Shown: piece by piece, positions 60,437 to 64,000 of the stretch
Position numbering within the stretch: position 1 is the first letter of the stretch
Layout of the letters: each line of letters begins with the position of its first letter
Source: Eledone cirrhosa
Taxonomy: Eukaryota
Direction of reading: 5' to 3'
NCBI GenBank assembly: GCA_964016885.1
Contig: OZ024743.1
Coordinates: 172,174,001-172,238,000 of the forward strand
DNA: 64,000 nucleotides
Position numbers and translations under genes: made by a program
Notes under the pieces: model-generated
Databases searched by the model: none
What the model saw: the letters and a program-made list of their open reading frames with translations, nothing else
Told to the model about the DNA's origin: nothing

Positions 60437-63400
60437 AAGAAGAAGGGAAGAAGACGCACGTGGTAGATAGAGTGTAATGGAATCGATCCCGTAAGTTTTT
60501 GATTTTTCACATATTTAAAACAATTGTGATATAACAATTCTTAGTACAAATGGGACATAAGGCACCAGTCTGAGCTCTCAGGAAATGAGAACCCATAATA
60601 TCCTCTTATATCGCTCAAATATTCAATTTTGTATTATAAATTTTATTTTCAAAAAAGAAAATGGTTATAAATGGAAGAAATCCCCCTATGTCTACACTAT
60701 ATAGAACAGCCAAATAACTGCAATTTCACCACCACCTATCCCCTCTATGTACACTAAATACAACAGCCAGATAACGGCAATTTCACCACCACCACCACCA
60801 ATCCCAGCATAATAATAATAATTACTTCTATTGTATCTCAATAATTACTATTATTGTATCTCAAGTTTTCTCGAAATGTTTAATTCAAATATTAAGGAAA
60901 TATGTCTACATATATATTAAACATAGGCGATAAACCGCATAGATATACAGATCAAACAAACGCATACTAGCTACAGTCTATTCAACAGAACTCGGTAGCA
61001 ACAACGCCATCACCTTAGTCACCGCCGCCACGACTCCATCATTGCTACCACCATCCCATCACCGTCGCCACCACTCCACCATTGCTACCCCACTACCTTC
61101 TGTTAACTTAAGAAAGAGGAAGGTGGCGGTATCACTAGACAAGGGAGAGACTAGCAAAATATAATACTTAGGGGCTTAGTGACCCGGTCAAACGTCAACG
61201 ATTATGGCACTGCTGGCTCCCCCCTTCCCCACCAACAATAGAAAAAAACCCACACCACCATAGTTATAGCCAACAACAATAACAGGCAATTTCAACAAAA
61301 AGTGTATTATATTATTAATAAGAATTTCATTCTTAAGCCACACAGTGCTCACATTAAAGAACCACTCATAATAATAACAATTTAAAAAACCCAAAAAAAG
61401 AAAACCCCGTGATCAAGAAATACCGGGATGGCGGCCGGCAGGGAATAGCCGTGTTTCTAGGGGAGGACTACCCCTCTAGTCTTTGTTGACACTCGTCCTA
61501 GGAGTGGTAACACGAAATGATTATCCCTTCGCGGTTAAGGATAAAACGCAACAAAATAAAGCCAATGTCAAATGATAAAATCTCATACCGGATTGGCCGT
61601 CATCCTCAGAGAGGAACCAGACTGGGGTCGAAAAATCAGCTAATGGTTCAAACCTTCCCATCAATTCGGAGCTGAAGACCTCCCATAACCGGAGTACTCC
61701 TACTGTTGGCCTTCCATGCTCACCACCAAGAAATCCAAAGAAAAAGAGAGAAAAATGGTCAAGGGAAGACTATAAAGAATCCTTGAGGTTTCTTCATTGC
61801 CATGTACTACCCATCAAATATATCGAATACAGAACTGACATATATCAACTGAAAAAATAACATCCCGAAAACAGAGGCTATATTGACAGTAACAAACTAG
61901 CCAATATACGAAGAAATATTGTTAAAAAAAAGTTACTAACTGATATAGAAGTTGATCAGATCAAGCTATTAGCACAAAGTCAGCGAAGGGAAAATGAAAC
62001 ATGTGTCAATGAAAACGAAGTAAATTGTAACACTTCGAATCGCAGGGTTGGGGCGGAATCACTGACAGCAGAACAAATTAAAGAAAGGATCGAAAGAGTG
62101 GCGGGAGTGCATGCTCAAGATGAAACTCAAAATGAAAATAATGAGATCGTAAATGATAAAGAAATGAATGAAAATGAACTTGCCAACTTGAAGAATGAAA
62201 TTATGATCGAATGGACGAAAATGAAAGAATCTGACATGGGGGAACGAGACACACTCTCCCTAAGATCCAGAACTCCAAACAGAACCAAAAGATAATACAC
62301 AAGACTAACATAATTCTCAAAAAATTTTATCATCACAAATAAACTAAACATTACTGATCTAAATCATGTTTATTATGCATTGGCTAAAGTCACCATTCAC
62401 TTATGCGGAGTGAAAATGGAAAAACAAAGGAATTTCCACAAAAAAACCTACTTGGCAAGAGAACATCAATCGCCAAATAAACCTTCTCCGATCTGACATA
62501 GGGATTTTAACAAACTATAAAGTAGGTGAACATGTTAACCAAACTAAACTTAGAAAATTGAAAAGAAAATACAGTATAAAATCAACAAGTGACATAGACA
62601 TGCTGATAGAAACAATCAAGCAAAAAGTGTCGGCCAAAGCTGCTCGTATAAGGCGCTTTGAAAAAGGATCTATATTCTATTAGGACAATAATATGTTCAA
62701 AAACAACCAAAGAAACTTCTACAGAAAATTTGGCAAGTCAACAATAACTGCTAAATCAATACCACCCAAGGAGGAAGTGCAAGAATTCTGGGAAAAGATC
62801 TGGGCCGAAGAAAAAGTTCATAATATACATGCCCCATGGATAGACACACAAATATTGAAAGATACAGCTCACCTTGAGGAACAAACATGGGAAAATATAA
62901 CATTTGAACATCTGCGTTTAGCTCTTAGTAAATCCAGCAAATGGAAATCACCAGGGAAAGACAAAATGCCAAATCTTTGGATAAATGCCTTCACGGAGTC
63001 TCATGAGCTGAAAGCCCAACTTTACAATGAATTGGTTAAGGAGCCAGAAAAGATACCATCATGGCTAGTTAACGGCATTACATTCCTGCTTCCGAAGAAT
63101 GATGAGACAAACAATCCCAAAAATTACAGATCGATAACTTGCTCGACCACAATGTATAACATTATAACATCAGTCGTAACTGAATATACATATGACCACC
63201 TGATAACAAATGACCTATTTCCCATTGAGCAGAAAGGGTGTAAACGAGGTTCATATGGCTGTAAGTATCAGCTTTTTGTTAACAAAATGATACTGGAAGA
63301 TTGTCATAATAGACAGAAAAATCTATCAATTCCTTGGATAGTTTGCCACACAGTTGGATTGAAAAGTGTTTAGAGATTTACAAAATATCTTCCGTTGTCA

Positions 63401-64000
63401 GGAGGTTCCTGTCATTCAGTAAGAAACATGGAAAACGACACTCCTTTTGAGTAGAGAAAAAGAATCACTGGAAGCTGGAGTAGTTAATATGTATTGTGGA
63501 ATTTTTCAGGGTGACTCTTTATCACCGCTTTTATTCTGCATCGCACTTATACCATTAAGTAAAATGCTCAATGAAACAAAACATGGATTTAAAGTCTATG
63601 ACAAAACCATTAATCACTTGTTCTACATGGATGACCTGAAACTATTTGAAAAAAATGATGAGCAATTGTAAGGGCTATTATCCACTGTGAAGCAGTTCAG
63701 TGATGATGTTAAAATGGAGTTTGGACTAGACAAATGCGCCAAAGCCACGTTCACCAGAGGAAAGCTGCTGAGAAGTTCAGACATTAATCTTGATCGGGGG
63801 AACTTGATCAAGGGGAAACTTACAAATATCTAGGTGTTTGTGAAGGAGACGGAATCAAGCACTTGACAATGAGGGAAAGGGTCAGGAAGGAGTTTTACCG
63901 CAGAGTAAGAGCAATCTTAAGAACGGAATTGAATGCAAGGAATAGGATCGATGCCATAAATATGCTTGCCATACCAGTAGTAACCTACAGTTACAATGTC
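60437..64000 (+). mobile_element. Dong-A copy A5, old, 5' end present, runs off the window
   Basis: Leader homologous to A3; ATG at 61565; degenerate RT fragments (62693-63373, 63447-63671 with FYMDD). Confidence 0.9.

Noticed and set aside
1-64000. Prokaryotic RT systems (retron, DGR, group II intron), CRISPR arrays or LTR elements
   Set aside because: RTs are non-LTR type with RLE or APE domains; no spacer arrays, LTRs, integrase or operon structure
1-64000. (AAT)n as the telomeric repeat
   Set aside because: No chromosome end or TTAGGG-type repeat in the window; the TRAS/SART comparison is only an analogy

Overview
Eukaryotic (animal) repeat DNA with no host genes. The whole 64 kb is a nested array of non-LTR retrotransposons inserted into, and separated by, (AAT)n microsatellite. 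It contains two R4/Dong-clade families on the + strand (RT + CCHC + restriction-like endonuclease): family A (5 copies, A1-A5) and family B (6 copies, B1-B6). It also contains five Tx1/L1-clade elements on the - strand (ORF1 + APE-RT ORF2; T1-T5, two ORF1 types, T1 intact) and six pieces of a tRNA-derived SINE. The SINE resembles one I associate with octopus/cephalopod genomes, so the host assignment is tentative. Main observations: (1) strict opposite polarity of the two clades on one target; (2) the ~1.1 kb leaders of both Dong families begin with a module that appears homologous to the Tx1 5' UTR, suggesting cross-clade promoter capture; (3) a candidate pseudoknotted RNA sits just before each Dong ORF; (4) the SINE and Tx1 share a 3'-end motif; (5) there are signs of module swapping, gene conversion and a 5.9 kb tandem duplication. 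All alignments and folds were made by eye.
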